NCBI GenBank assembly: GCA_037140955.1
Contig: JBAXDL010000003.1
Location: forward strand, 27,348 to 91,347
Direction: 5' to 3'
From: a bacterium
GTDB lineage: Bacteria > Patescibacteriota > Minisyncoccia > Moranbacterales > GWC2-37-73
Length of the DNA stretch: 64,000 nucleotides
Positions 18,774 to 30,066 of this stretch are shown here, one piece after another. How positions within the stretch are numbered: the first letter of the stretch is position 1; each line of letters opens with the position of its first letter. Under the pieces are notes generated by a model. That model ran no database searches and was not told the origin of the DNA. It saw nothing but the letters and a program-made list of their open reading frames with translations. A program made the translations under genes and the position numbers.

Positions 18774-19325
18774 TTATTCTGTTTTTTTAAGATACTTGGC
18801 TAGTGCTAGCTTTGCAGGAGCAATGCTTACAACTGGTCCACCCTCGCAATGCAAATAATAACCTTTGATTATAAGTGTTTCTGGTTTTTCATCAGTAGCC
18901 TTTTTTAATTTAGCAATTAAGGCAGGATCAGCATCTGCAATTTTTAGCAATTCATTGACATTCTTTCCCTTGTCATCCGTGATTTGAACTGGCAAGCCAA
19001 TCAAGTCATCTTTTGCCACTTTAAACAACCATTCCTTTTTTTCACCAACAACTGAGTCCAAAACATATCTTCCACGCAAGGCAACTTCACCGTCATACAT
19101 ATGACCTTTGCATGGATCTTTTTGGAAGTTTTGAGTGAGCTCATCAACATTCCCCTGATCGACACTTCCATTAGCAACATCTTGATTTTTTGAATCCTCT
19201 ACACTTGGGGTATTATTAGTAATAGCCATTTGTTTCCTATTTTCAACCAAAAATATTCCACCGATAACAATTGCCAGCAAAACTATTATTCCAATTGCAA
19301 ACTCACTTGCTATTTTTTTGTTCAT
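18774..19325 (-). CDS. Hypothetical membrane-anchored (N-terminal TM) secreted protein.
   Basis: N-terminal TM IGIIVLLAIVIGGIFLV. No recognisable family. Confidence 0.35.
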   Translation of the reverse strand: MNKKIASEFAIGIIVLLAIVIGGIFLVENRKQMAITNNTPSVEDSKNQDVANGSVDQGNVDELTQNFQKDPCKGHMYDGEVALRGRYVLDSVVGEKKEWLFKVAKDDLIGLPVQITDDKGKNVNELLKIADADPALIAKLKKATDEKPETLIIKGYYLHCEGGPVVSIAPAKLALAKYLKKTE

Positions 19326-19625
19326 TTTTATTTTATCTGCAAACTAATAACGCAGAAAATTAATTTATTACAGGACTAATTACATGCTAAGATTATAACA
19401 TTAACAATGGCTTCTGTAAAAAAATAAGTTATTCACAGCTTCCCTTATTTAAAGCAAAAATCAAATGTTTTCAATCTGGCAAGTCCATGCTATACTTTAA
19501 AAACTAAATTATCTTGCAAATTCCAATGGCCAAGTCCCTGGAGGATGAAGATACAAAAAAACATATGACAACAAATATTTTTTATTTTGCTTTAGCCCTA
19601 TTTTATTAATAGTGGTTTTTTATTT

Positions 19626-22010
19626 ATGAAAAAAACAGAAAAAATAAAAAAATATCTAAAAGATAATCCTTTGGCGGATAAAAAGAGGATTGCCAAAAAA
19701 TTCAAACTAAACCATCTCGTGGCTTTGGATATTTTAGCTGAAATAAACAATGAATCGCCAGATGCTATTGCCAAAACTAAAAAAGAAAATAAATTTTCTT
19801 TTTTAGCGGACATTTTTAACAATAAAGTCATAAGCAACAAAAATGCCTATTTCTTTCTTTTTGGATTGGCTGGTATTTTGAGAATTTTTTATGCCTTAAA
19901 GTTAAATACTTTTCCACAGTTAAATATTGAAATATTGGATGCACAATATTATGTCGATTGGGCCAAAAAAATAAACACTTATGGAGTATTGGGTGACAAA
20001 ATATTCTTCACTGAACCACTCTATGCCTATTTCCTTGCAATGATACTAAAAATCTCAACGCATGGATTAATACTAGTCAGGATTCTTCAAATGATACTTG
20101 GAAGCTTGCTACCAATTGTGATTATGAAAATTGGAGAAAAGATTTTCAGCAGACCAATAGGCTTTATTGCTGGCATCATTGTAGCAGTATATGCTCCTTT
20201 TATTTTCTATGAGAATCTTATCTTAAAAACATCTTTGGAAATTTTCTCATTAGCTGGTTTTTTCTGGTTTTTTCTTTTTATGCTAGAAAAAAAATCCAAC
20301 AAGACCTATCTTATTGGAGGATTATTACTGGGAATACTGTCACTCATAAAAGGAAATAATATAATATTTTTTCCAGCAATTTTGTTGATTTTGTATTATT
20401 CAAAAAAACTTATCACCAAAGAAAAACGCGCGCTGTCACTTTTTTTTGCTCTTGGTTTTTTTCTAGTCATTTCACCGATAACTTTGCGCAATTATATTGT
20501 TGGGAAGGATTTTGTTCCAACAAACTATTCCATTGGAATAGTGACCTATCAAGGCAATTGGTGGGGATCTGATGGTTCCACTGCCATGGTACCAAGTTTT
20601 TTCAGACCACATCCAAAATATGAAGAAACTGATGCCAGAGAGATGGCCAATGCCTATGCCGGCAAGAATCTCTCACCCTCCAAAATATCAAGTTTTTGGA
20701 TTGGAAAAGCTATTAGCGAGAGCTTTTCTGACCCGATTCGTTTTCTCAAAAATTTGTTCGTCAAACTTTTGATGCTTCTTAATTATCATGAATTAAGTGA
20801 TGATTATAGTTTTGATTTTTATGCCAAATTCATCATCTTGCTAAAAGTATTACCAGGATTTCTTATTGTTTCAACCCTGGCAATTACGGGCATGCTTCTT
20901 GCTCTTTTTTCAAATGATTTGAAGTGGACTATTTCCAAAAAAACAAATACTAGCCTTCAGGAGATTTCAAAAAAAACAAAACTATTATTAAGTGTGATTG
21001 GAGTTTATGTATTGGTGCTGTTAATATCAAATATAAATTCAAGATATCGCATGCCACTGGTTCCATTTTTGTCCATTTTTTCAGCAGTGACAATTTGGCA
21101 TATTTGGATAAAAATAAAAAACAAACTATGGGAATTTATCCCAATAACATCAATTTTGATAACACTATCAGCTGGACTTTCCATGTTCCCACTGCCAATT
21201 TATGGAGCAATCAATGAAGATGCCAATGCCTATCATCAAATTGGATCGTATTATATTGAAAATAAGGATTTTGAAAGAGCCAAGTTGTATTTCGAAAAAA
21301 CTATAGAGATTGATAAGAATTATGCCTGGGCCTACAAAAATCTTTTCCTTATAAACATGCAAAAGGGCGATCTCAAAGAAGCTGAAAAAAATATAAAAGA
21401 AGTTATTATAATACGCTCAGATGATCTCTCCAACTACGAAAATCTTGCACTATTAAAAAATGCGCAAAAAGAATTAACAACTGAAATAAAAGATCAAATA
21501 AACAAAAGCATCAGTGATGGAACTCCGAATATTTATGATACCGATTCATATGAAGCAAGTAGATATTTGTCAGCCAAAGATAGCAAAAAAGCTGAACAAT
21601 TTCTCCTTAAATCATTAGAAAAATTCAACAATCCACCAAACTCACTGATCGCACTTGCCTCCGTCAAAAGAGCTAGCAATTCAAATGATGAAGCAATTAA
21701 ATACTTGTCACTAGCCATAGAAAAAAATCCATATTTACTTCCGGCCAGGTATAATCTAGCAAACATATATATCGAGCAAAAAAATTATCAACTGGCGATT
21801 CCACAACTCAAAGAGATATATGACATCACACCAGAACTTGGACAAACTTGGTCAAACCTAGCAATAGCATATATCAACACCAAAAATTCTGCCCAAGCCT
21901 CGCCAGTTATCAATGACTACATTAAAAGATATCAAGATGACCCAACCAAAAAAGAAATGGTTGATAAATTCCAAAAATTAATTTCCCAAAGCAAAACACC
22001 AACAAACTAA
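19626..22010 (+). CDS. GT39-family membrane glycosyltransferase fused to a C-terminal TPR-repeat domain.
   Basis: The N-terminal 500 aa are multi-TM and GT39-like. The C-terminal 250 aa carry TPR-like repeats (YHQIGSYYIENKDFERAKLYFEKTIEIDKNYAWAYKNL...). Confidence 0.6.
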   Translation: MKKTEKIKKYLKDNPLADKKRIAKKFKLNHLVALDILAEINNESPDAIAKTKKENKFSFLADIFNNKVISNKNAYFFLFGLAGILRIFYALKLNTFPQLNIEILDAQYYVDWAKKINTYGVLGDKIFFTEPLYAYFLAMILKISTHGLILVRILQMILGSLLPIVIMKIGEKIFSRPIGFIAGIIVAVYAPFIFYENLILKTSLEIFSLAGFFWFFLFMLEKKSNKTYLIGGLLLGILSLIKGNNIIFFPAILLILYYSKKLITKEKRALSLFFALGFFLVISPITLRNYIVGKDFVPTNYSIGIVTYQGNWWGSDGSTAMVPSFFRPHPKYEETDAREMANAYAGKNLSPSKISSFWIGKAISESFSDPIRFLKNLFVKLLMLLNYHELSDDYSFDFYAKFIILLKVLPGFLIVSTLAITGMLLALFSNDLKWTISKKTNTSLQEISKKTKLLLSVIGVYVLVLLISNINSRYRMPLVPFLSIFSAVTIWHIWIKIKNKLWEFIPITSILITLSAGLSMFPLPIYGAINEDANAYHQIGSYYIENKDFERAKLYFEKTIEIDKNYAWAYKNLFLINMQKGDLKEAEKNIKEVIIIRSDDLSNYENLALLKNAQKELTTEIKDQINKSISDGTPNIYDTDSYEASRYLSAKDSKKAEQFLLKSLEKFNNPPNSLIALASVKRASNSNDEAIKYLSLAIEKNPYLLPARYNLANIYIEQKNYQLAIPQLKEIYDITPELGQTWSNLAIAYINTKNSAQASPVINDYIKRYQDDPTKKEMVDKFQKLISQSKTPTN

Positions 22011-22014
22011 TAAT

Positions 22015-25000
22015 ATGAAATATACACATCTTCACGTACATTCTCACTATAGCTTGCTAGATGGTCTTGGAAAAATAGATGATCTTCTTGATCGCGCCAA
22101 GGAGCTTGGCATGGAATCAATTGCACTGACTGATCACGGTGTGATGTATGGAGCAGTTGAACTTTTCATTAAAGCCAAGGAAAAAGGCATCAAAGCAATC
22201 ATTGGTTGCGAAATGTATATCACCCCCAATGATTTGCACAGCAAGAATCCAATTGCAGAAGATCGCAAACGCCACCATCTAATCCTTCTAGTTAAAGATG
22301 AAGAGGGCTATCACAATCTCATGAAACTTGTTTCCATTGCACATCTTGAAGGATTTTATTACAAACCACGTATTGATAGAAAAGTTCTTCGCAAATACGC
22401 CAAAGGACTTATTGGTCTTTCGGCTTGCGTGGAAGGAGAAATTCCGTCCCAGATTATTATGGGAAATTATGATAAAGCCAAGGAGTTAGCTTTAGAATAT
22501 AAGGACATTTTTGATGATGGAGGATTTTTTTTGGAGGTGCAAAGTCACGCCAAATTCTCCAATCAAGCCGTTGCCAATGAAGGAATCTTCAAATTAGCCA
22601 AGGAAGTTGATTTGCCAGTAGTGGCAACAAACGATGTGCATTATGTCAACAAAGACGATGCTAGTGCTCAAGACATTCTGCTTTGCGTGCAAACCAATCG
22701 CAAAGTATATGAATCTGATCGCATGAATTTGATGGATTTTGATTTGTCATTGCGCAGTCCTGAAGAAATTTTGGCATGCTTTCCAAACAATCCTGAAGTT
22801 CTTTCTAACACACAACTCGTTGCTGATCAATGTGATTTCAAAATAAAACTAGGAGAAACGCAATTGCCACATTTCGATGTGCCAGAAGGTCACACTGACA
22901 TGTCATATTTGATTGAATTTTGCGAAAAAGGTTTAATCAAAAAATATGGAGACAAGGTTACTGAAGTACATCGAACAAGAATGGAATATGAACTTTCAGT
23001 TATTGAAAAATGCGGATATGCATCATATTTTTTGATCGTGCAAGACTTTGTTAATTGGGCCAGAGACAATGGAATTGTGGTTGGACCAGGGCGCGGAAGC
23101 GCTGCTGGTAGTATCATTGCCTATCTAACAGGCATAACAAATGTTGATCCAATTGAATATAACTTACTGTTTGAAAGATTTCTTAATCCAGAAAGAGTTT
23201 CCATGCCCGATGTCGATATGGATTTTGCTGACGACAGACGCGATGATGTGCTCAACTATGTCAGACAAAAATATGGCAATGATCATGTTTCACAAATCAT
23301 AACATTTGGAACAATGGCCGCGCGCGCCGCCATTCGAGACACAGGAAGAGCATTGGGAATTCCATATGATTTTTGCAACAAGACATCTCAAATGATTCCA
23401 ATGTTCACTTCCATCAAAAAAGCCTTGGAAGATGTTCCTGAATTCAAGGAACACTACAATTCAACTGTTGATGCAAGAAAATTAATCGACAGTGCCATGC
23501 GTCTTGAAGGTGTTGTTCGCCACGCTGGAATGCATGCTTGCGGAGTTGTAATCACCAAAGAACCTGTGACATATTATTCTCCAATTCAAAACATCACCGG
23601 CTCGCGCGAAGGAACTGTGACGCAGTATTCATCATCAACCAAATCATCCTATGTGGAAAAGATTGGACTGCTAAAGATGGACTTTTTGGGATTGAAAAAT
23701 TTAACAATCATTCAAAACACTCTGCGCATCGTCAAAAAAACCAAAGGCATCGATATTGATATCGACACCATTCCAATTGATGATGAACTTACCTATAAAT
23801 TGCTGCAAGAAGCACGCACAACTGGAGTTTTTCAATTTGAAAGTTCCGGCATGAAAAGATATTTGAAATTATTGAAACCAACAATTATTGAAGACATCAT
23901 CGCCATGGTGGCACTTTATCGTCCTGGTCCTATGGATTGGATTCCTGATTTTATTTCTGGCAAACATGGACGAAAAATAAAATACGTTCACCCAAAACTA
24001 GAACCAATTTTGAAAAATACTTATGGCGTGGCTGTTTATCAAGAACAAGTTATGCAAATAGCCAGGGATTTGGCAGGTTTTACTATGGGCGAAGCTGATG
24101 TGCTCAGAAAGGCTATGGGTAAAAAAATCTTTGAACTCATTAAAGAGCAGAAAATAAAATTTGTGGAAGGTTGCATTGCCAATGGAAGCACCAAGGAAAT
24201 TGCAGAAAAAGTTTTTTCGTTCATTGAACCTTTTGCTGGTTATGGATTCAATCGCTCTCATGCTGCCTGCTATGGAATTATTGGCTATCAAACAGCCTAT
24301 CTTAAGGCGCACTTCCCATCTGCATTTATGGCGGCCTTGCAAACATCAGATCAAGACAACATTGATCGAATCGCCATTGAAGCTGCCGAATGTCATGACA
24401 TGGGAATCAAAGTTTTGGCACCAAATGTCAACGAAAGTTTTGAAGACTTTGCTGTTATTACAGAAGATGATGGATCAGAAAAAATACGTTTTGGATTTAA
24501 TGCAATTAAAAACGTGGGAGGAGTTATTGCAGCTGAAATTGTGGCAGAAAGAAAGAGAAATGGAAAATTCAAATCACTTGGAGATTTCTTGGAGCGTGTT
24601 GAAACAAAGGATCTCAACAAAAAATCAATCGATGCACTGGCAAAAGTTGGAGCATTAGATGAACTTGGAGAAAGAAATCAAATCGTTCAAAGCATGGAAC
24701 AGATTTTGATGTTCACAAAAAGCGTACAAAAATCCAAAAATTCCAATCAAGTTAGTCTTTTCGGTGAGGCAATCCTAGAAACACCACAAGTGCCACTGCT
24801 TGAAGTTGATCCGGCCTCAAAAAGACAACAACTGCAATGGGAAAAAGAATTATTAGGACTATATGTCTCTGGTCATCCAGTAAAAGAATATCAATCATAT
24901 ATCGACAAGGTTGCAGTGTCGTTGGACAAATTGGCGCCAGAACTGGTTGGACAAAAAATTGCAGTTGGAGGCGTTATTCAAAAAATTCAAAAAATTCTTA

Positions 25001-25554
25001 CCAAGCGTCAGGAAACAATGCTTTTTGTGATGCTTGAAGACACACGAGGAAAAATCGAACTTCTTGTTTTTCCAAAAGTTCTTGAGCGCATTGCAAGTGT
25101 TTGGGAGGAAGAACGCATGATCATTGCCGAAGGCAGACTCTCAGATAAAGACGGAGTATACAAATTAATTGTTGATGAAGCAAAAGAACTTAATCGAGGT
25201 GAAATTGAAAATTATTTGCGCGTTGAGGCCACCAAGAAAATATATAACACGCCTGACAACCATGATGATGACAATCAACCACCAACAAGTGGTGTGCCAT
25301 ATCCAACAGATCAAAATTCACCCCAAGAACAATTAGCAAATCAAAAATTAATAGTCACACTTCCCTCTAATGCCACCCCTGAAATAATTCACAATCTTTC
25401 CAGGTTTTTCAACACTTGCACATCTGGCTCATGCAAGGTTTTTCTTCATCACCAGGCCAACAAACTGGAAACACCCTTTTGCATTGAAAACAGTCCAAAT
25501 TTGATTGGAGAAATAAAAAAACTAATTCAAGGCGGCAGCGCTGAATTGGCCTAA
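22015..25554 (+). CDS. dnaE: DNA polymerase III alpha subunit.
   Basis: PHP domain HLHVHSHYSLLDG, palm, fingers and OB domains. 1179 aa. Starts 5 nt after the upstream stop. Confidence 0.95.
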   Translation: MKYTHLHVHSHYSLLDGLGKIDDLLDRAKELGMESIALTDHGVMYGAVELFIKAKEKGIKAIIGCEMYITPNDLHSKNPIAEDRKRHHLILLVKDEEGYHNLMKLVSIAHLEGFYYKPRIDRKVLRKYAKGLIGLSACVEGEIPSQIIMGNYDKAKELALEYKDIFDDGGFFLEVQSHAKFSNQAVANEGIFKLAKEVDLPVVATNDVHYVNKDDASAQDILLCVQTNRKVYESDRMNLMDFDLSLRSPEEILACFPNNPEVLSNTQLVADQCDFKIKLGETQLPHFDVPEGHTDMSYLIEFCEKGLIKKYGDKVTEVHRTRMEYELSVIEKCGYASYFLIVQDFVNWARDNGIVVGPGRGSAAGSIIAYLTGITNVDPIEYNLLFERFLNPERVSMPDVDMDFADDRRDDVLNYVRQKYGNDHVSQIITFGTMAARAAIRDTGRALGIPYDFCNKTSQMIPMFTSIKKALEDVPEFKEHYNSTVDARKLIDSAMRLEGVVRHAGMHACGVVITKEPVTYYSPIQNITGSREGTVTQYSSSTKSSYVEKIGLLKMDFLGLKNLTIIQNTLRIVKKTKGIDIDIDTIPIDDELTYKLLQEARTTGVFQFESSGMKRYLKLLKPTIIEDIIAMVALYRPGPMDWIPDFISGKHGRKIKYVHPKLEPILKNTYGVAVYQEQVMQIARDLAGFTMGEADVLRKAMGKKIFELIKEQKIKFVEGCIANGSTKEIAEKVFSFIEPFAGYGFNRSHAACYGIIGYQTAYLKAHFPSAFMAALQTSDQDNIDRIAIEAAECHDMGIKVLAPNVNESFEDFAVITEDDGSEKIRFGFNAIKNVGGVIAAEIVAERKRNGKFKSLGDFLERVETKDLNKKSIDALAKVGALDELGERNQIVQSMEQILMFTKSVQKSKNSNQVSLFGEAILETPQVPLLEVDPASKRQQLQWEKELLGLYVSGHPVKEYQSYIDKVAVSLDKLAPELVGQKIAVGGVIQKIQKILTKRQETMLFVMLEDTRGKIELLVFPKVLERIASVWEEERMIIAEGRLSDKDGVYKLIVDEAKELNRGEIENYLRVEATKKIYNTPDNHDDDNQPPTSGVPYPTDQNSPQEQLANQKLIVTLPSNATPEIIHNLSRFFNTCTSGSCKVFLHHQANKLETPFCIENSPNLIGEIKKLIQGGSAELA

Positions 25555-25667
25555 AAAATTCATAACAAATTATTTAGCTTTTTATGTATACTTGTTTTTT
25601 TGCTTGCCTTTCGTTTGCTGTGCTCACATGGAAGCCGCAAAAAACAATATACATGAAAAAATAAAAA

Positions 25668-26855
25668 TTATTCCAAAGAATAAGGAAAAGCATCCAGCAA
25701 TTCCGCTGAATAATAAAATTCATAAGCAAGTGAACCAAAACTATATTTTGACTCTCCAACAGTGATCTGACTTCCTCCAACTTTTGGATTGGCATTTGGC
25801 TGTGATTGAGGAAAACCAACATTAAAAAGTGTGCCCACAATTTCTGGGCGATATTTGATATCATAGCCAGCCTTTTCCCATTGACTCATCATTTGTTTTA
25901 AATATATCGCGCCGTAAAGATAAGAAAAATAGTGCGTGTTTTCAGTCAAACGATCATAACGCTTGTCGGCATCATCCTCATTTTCAAAGTCCAACTTATG
26001 TTCAAATTCGGGACCCAAATAATAAGGTGAATTTTTGTCTTTCAGGTGATTTTCAGTTTCAATGGCTGTATTCTCCTTGATTCCCATGATTCCCAAAGAG
26101 ATTTTGTTAGCATTTCCAAGAATCTTGAGTGGCTCAAAAAATTTCTTAAAAAGTTCCCTATTACTATTAAACAAACGAACTTGCTCTACGATTGCACAAG
26201 AAACCAACAATCGCGGCTCAATGCCAACAACGCCGGCAGCTCTGTCAATCACATCCTTATCTTTAACTATTGCCTCTCTGATTGTTTTCCATTGGTCATT
26301 ATCCATCCATGGAAAAATCGTAGCACTTTGAATTCCCATATATTTCTTGCTGATCAAATCATCATCAGCTTCAACATTTTTGTTATCACAAACAGCAAAG
26401 ACATCACTGCTATATTTTGCCTCAATTCTGAGTCTAGCCGCTAAAATCATTTTGGAAACCAAAACATCTGAATCTGTTTTTTGATAATTTTCTATTATTT
26501 TTACTGCAGCCTCAGGTGCATTTTTGCCAATAATATCTATTTGGCAATAATTTTTTGACTTCACAGCTTTCTTTGCTGCAAGATTATTCATCTGCAAAGA
26601 CAGGTCATCCAGAGAGTTTTTAATTAAAATATCCTTACCATTTTCAGTGCCCGCCCTCACAACACTTGCTTTTACATTTTTTCCCATAACAACCTCTTCA
26701 AATCTTTGACTATTGCTGTCAATCACACCTTTCACATCAGTAAAATGAAAGCGAATAGCAAAAAAACCCACAACCAAAACAAAGCCAATCAAAGCAAAAA
26801 CATGCAGACAATATATATAGCTATTATAAAAAAATGTTTTAATACTATTTTTCAT
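25668..26855 (-). CDS. Hypothetical membrane-anchored protein (N-terminal TM, large extracytoplasmic domain).
   Basis: TM at residues about 10-35. No confident family assignment. Confidence 0.35.
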   Translation of the reverse strand: MKNSIKTFFYNSYIYCLHVFALIGFVLVVGFFAIRFHFTDVKGVIDSNSQRFEEVVMGKNVKASVVRAGTENGKDILIKNSLDDLSLQMNNLAAKKAVKSKNYCQIDIIGKNAPEAAVKIIENYQKTDSDVLVSKMILAARLRIEAKYSSDVFAVCDNKNVEADDDLISKKYMGIQSATIFPWMDNDQWKTIREAIVKDKDVIDRAAGVVGIEPRLLVSCAIVEQVRLFNSNRELFKKFFEPLKILGNANKISLGIMGIKENTAIETENHLKDKNSPYYLGPEFEHKLDFENEDDADKRYDRLTENTHYFSYLYGAIYLKQMMSQWEKAGYDIKYRPEIVGTLFNVGFPQSQPNANPKVGGSQITVGESKYSFGSLAYEFYYSAELLDAFPYSLE

Positions 26856-26978
26856 ATTTCAATATTACCATATTTCATAATTATCTCGAAAAATGCTTGA
26901 TTTATCCCTTAAATACTGTAGAATATAAGCATACAAAAAAACAATATTATCAAATTAAGTCCTAAAAAACATATTTTT

Positions 26979-28739
26979 ATGCAAAATACCGAAAATAAGC
27001 TAAATCTATTACGTCATTCCACTGCACATGTTTTAGCGGCCGCTGTCTTGGAAATGTTTCCTGAAGCTAAATTTGGCATTGGACCAGCCATTGATAATGG
27101 TTTTTATTATGACTTCGAGCTTCCAAGAACCTTGATTCCCGAGGACCTTCCACTACTGGAAGAAAAAATGAAAAGTATCATAAAACAAAACAGCATTTTT
27201 GAAAAAACCGACGTTTCAGTTGAAGAAGCCTTGAATCAGTTCAGGGCACTTGATCAGAACTTGAAACTTGAACTTATTGATGATCTCCACAAGAGTGGCA
27301 ACGAAACCGTTACGATATATAAATCTGGAAACTTTGTTGATCTTTGCAGTGGTCCACACCTTGAGTCAACAGGAAAAATTGATCAACGCGCTTTTGCTTT
27401 GACAAAAATTTCCGGAGCATATTGGAAAGCAGATGCACAAAAACAACAACTGCAAAGAATTTATGGTGTTGTTTTTGAAAACAAGGAAAAACTCAAAGAA
27501 TATTTCAACTTAGTGGAAGAGGCAGCCAAAAGAGATCATCGCAAGCTTGGCAAAGAATTGGACCTGTTTTGCTTTTCTGATTTGGTTGGACCAGGCCTAC
27601 CATTACTTACACCAAATGGAACAATCATTAAAGATGAACTGCAAAAACACATTGAAAAAGTTTGTCGTGTTTATGGTTTTCAAAAAGTCTCCACCCCACA
27701 TCTTTCCAAAATTGATTTGTATGAAAAATCAGGACATGCTCAAAAATTTGGAGATGAACTTTTTCAGGTTACCTCTCACTACAAGCAAAACTATGTCATG
27801 AAGCCAGTGCAATGCCCTCACCAAACTCAAATTTTTGCTTCAAAATCTCGTTCATATCGCGACCTCCCTATTCGCTACATGGAATCAGAGAAACAATATC
27901 GCGATGAAAAACCAGGAGAAATTGGTGGATTGCAAAGAGTTATTGCTATTACAGTTGAAGATGGTCATAGCTTTTGCACAGTTGATCAGGTCAAGCAAGA
28001 AGTAAAAAACATGGTTGAAATTATTCAAAATTTCTACACCTCGCTTGGCATGTGGGAAAATCACAGCGTTTCCTTGTCAGTTCGAGATTATGCGCATCCA
28101 GAAAAATATATTGGCGAAACTTCCGATTGGGATCTTTGCGAAAAAATGTTGCAAGATATTTCAGACGAGATGGGATTAAATGCTATCAAGCATGAAGGTG
28201 AAGCAGCTCTCTACGGTCCAAAACTAGATTTTATGTTCAAGGATTCACTAGGAAAAGAAATTCAAATTCCCACAGTTCAATTGGATTTTGCCACACCAAA
28301 GAGATTTGATTTGGAATACACAAACAATGAAGGAACAAAATCAACCCCAGTAATGGTTCATCGTGCCATTCTTGGATCATATGAAAGATTCATGATGCTT
28401 TTGATTGAGCATTTTGCTGGCGCATTTCCACTATGGCTATCACCTGTTCAAGTTTCAGTTTTGCCAATTTCAGAAAAATTTGCAGACTATGCCAAGGAAG
28501 TTAAAAATATTTTACTTGAGCAGGATATTAGAGTTAATTTAAATGACAAAGCTGAGTCACTTGGCAAGCGTATCTCAGAGGAAGAAAAAGCAAAGACTCC
28601 CTATATCATTGTTATTGGAGAAAAAGAAACTGCTGACAAAACAGTCGCTATTCGAACAAGAGGAATCCGAGAGCAACAAACAATTCCAACTAATGATTTT
28701 GTTGAAAAAATATTAACCGAAATCAAAGAAAAGAAATAA
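26979..28739 (+). CDS. thrS: Threonyl-tRNA synthetase lacking the N-terminal TGS (N1) domain.
   Basis: Editing-domain HSTAHVLAAAV motif, class II motifs, HRKLGKELDLF (ThrRS signature), RAILGSYERF. 586 aa. Confidence 0.9.
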   Translation: MQNTENKLNLLRHSTAHVLAAAVLEMFPEAKFGIGPAIDNGFYYDFELPRTLIPEDLPLLEEKMKSIIKQNSIFEKTDVSVEEALNQFRALDQNLKLELIDDLHKSGNETVTIYKSGNFVDLCSGPHLESTGKIDQRAFALTKISGAYWKADAQKQQLQRIYGVVFENKEKLKEYFNLVEEAAKRDHRKLGKELDLFCFSDLVGPGLPLLTPNGTIIKDELQKHIEKVCRVYGFQKVSTPHLSKIDLYEKSGHAQKFGDELFQVTSHYKQNYVMKPVQCPHQTQIFASKSRSYRDLPIRYMESEKQYRDEKPGEIGGLQRVIAITVEDGHSFCTVDQVKQEVKNMVEIIQNFYTSLGMWENHSVSLSVRDYAHPEKYIGETSDWDLCEKMLQDISDEMGLNAIKHEGEAALYGPKLDFMFKDSLGKEIQIPTVQLDFATPKRFDLEYTNNEGTKSTPVMVHRAILGSYERFMMLLIEHFAGAFPLWLSPVQVSVLPISEKFADYAKEVKNILLEQDIRVNLNDKAESLGKRISEEEKAKTPYIIVIGEKETADKTVAIRTRGIREQQTIPTNDFVEKILTEIKEKK

Positions 28740-30022
28740 TGAAATATTTCATCAAAACATTTGGTTGCCAGATGAATGTTTCAGACAGTGAAAGATTGGC
28801 AACTTTTTTGGAGAAAAATAATTACACAGAATCATCCTTGATTTCAGAGGCTGATTTGGTTATTTTCAATACCTGCGGAATCAAACAAACTGCAGAAAAT
28901 CGCGCCTATAGCATGATCAATAATTTGCGCAAAGCTGAGCTAAAAATCAAAAACCAAAAGACAAAGAATATTGTCATGACAGGCTGTCTCGCGCATCGAG
29001 CTGATGTGCAAAAACGCATGCAAAAAAAGGTTGATCTTTTCACTGAAATTAAAAATTTCGAAAAAGATTTTGAAAAAATATCAAAAAATTCTATTCTAGA
29101 TAATCGGGATTATTTAAGTACAATACCAAAACATTCAAATAATTTTCAGGCCTATGTGCCGATCATGACCGGTTGCAACAATTTTTGCACCTATTGTGTT
29201 GTTCCCTATGCTCGCGGACGTGAAGTTTCTAGGCCTGCAGAAGAAATACTTTCAGAAATAGAAAAATTAGTTGCCAATGGATACAAGAACATTATCCTGC
29301 TTGGTCAAAACGTAAACTCATATCTAGACCACAAAACAAATTTTCCAAAACTTCTAAAAAAAATTAATGCTATTAGTGGAAAATTCTGGATTCAATTTAT
29401 ATCTTCTCATCCAAAAGATATGGATGATGAGCTCATTGCGACTGTCACAAAACTAAAAAAGGTGTGCGAATGGATACACCTTCCAATGCAGGCCGGCAAT
29501 GATGAAATTTTGCAAAAAATGAATCGCAAATACACAGCAAAACATTATCTAGGAAGAATTAGAAAAATAAAAGCTGAATTTAAAAAAAATAAACCAGCAA
29601 CATTGTTTTCAATTTCATCAGACATCATTGTTGGCTTCCCAACCGAATCAAAAGCTCAATTCCTGGACAGTGCCGAGGTCATGGAAAAATCAAAATTTGA
29701 CATGGTATTTTTTGGACAATTTTCTCCAAGACCAGGCACCGTGGCCTGGAAATTAAAAGATGATGTCACTCAAGAAGAAAAAACTTGGCGCGAAAATTTT
29801 CTAAATGAAATTCTCAAAAAAACAACACTTGTAAACAACAATAAATATATTGGAAAAGTTTTGGAAGTTCTCATTGAAAAAGAAAAAGATGGCCACTATT
29901 TTGGAAAAACCAGAACGCAAAAAAATGTAAAAATCAAAAACACAAAAAAAGATTTGATTGGAAAATTTGTAAAAGCCAAAATAACCAAAGCCAATATTTG
30001 GAATCTCGAAGCAACAATATAG
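28739..30022 (+). CDS. miaB: tRNA-2-methylthio-N6-dimethylallyladenosine synthase (radical SAM methylthiotransferase).
   Basis: N-terminal MTTase Cys cluster (FGCQMN...NTCGIKQ...GCLAHR), radical SAM CTYC-x2-C, TRAM C-terminus. Close to miaA. Confidence 0.75.
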   Translation: MKYFIKTFGCQMNVSDSERLATFLEKNNYTESSLISEADLVIFNTCGIKQTAENRAYSMINNLRKAELKIKNQKTKNIVMTGCLAHRADVQKRMQKKVDLFTEIKNFEKDFEKISKNSILDNRDYLSTIPKHSNNFQAYVPIMTGCNNFCTYCVVPYARGREVSRPAEEILSEIEKLVANGYKNIILLGQNVNSYLDHKTNFPKLLKKINAISGKFWIQFISSHPKDMDDELIATVTKLKKVCEWIHLPMQAGNDEILQKMNRKYTAKHYLGRIRKIKAEFKKNKPATLFSISSDIIVGFPTESKAQFLDSAEVMEKSKFDMVFFGQFSPRPGTVAWKLKDDVTQEEKTWRENFLNEILKKTTLVNNNKYIGKVLEVLIEKEKDGHYFGKTRTQKNVKIKNTKKDLIGKFVKAKITKANIWNLEATI

Positions 30023-30032
30023 CTGGAAATGA

Positions 30033-30066
30033 AAAAGACTAATTCGTTGAATTAGTCTTTTTTGTT
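30033..30066. terminator. Bidirectional hairpin terminator: aaaagactaattc-gttg-gaattagtctttt, with T-runs on both strands.
   Basis: 12-bp stem between convergent miaB (+) and the response-regulator gene (-). Confidence 0.55.

Noticed and set aside
25574-25864. The 96-aa minus-strand ORF overlapping the 3' end of the 25668..26855 gene.
   Set aside because: It sits in a different frame over the same DNA as the longer membrane-protein gene and is AT-rich low-complexity, so it is likely spurious.
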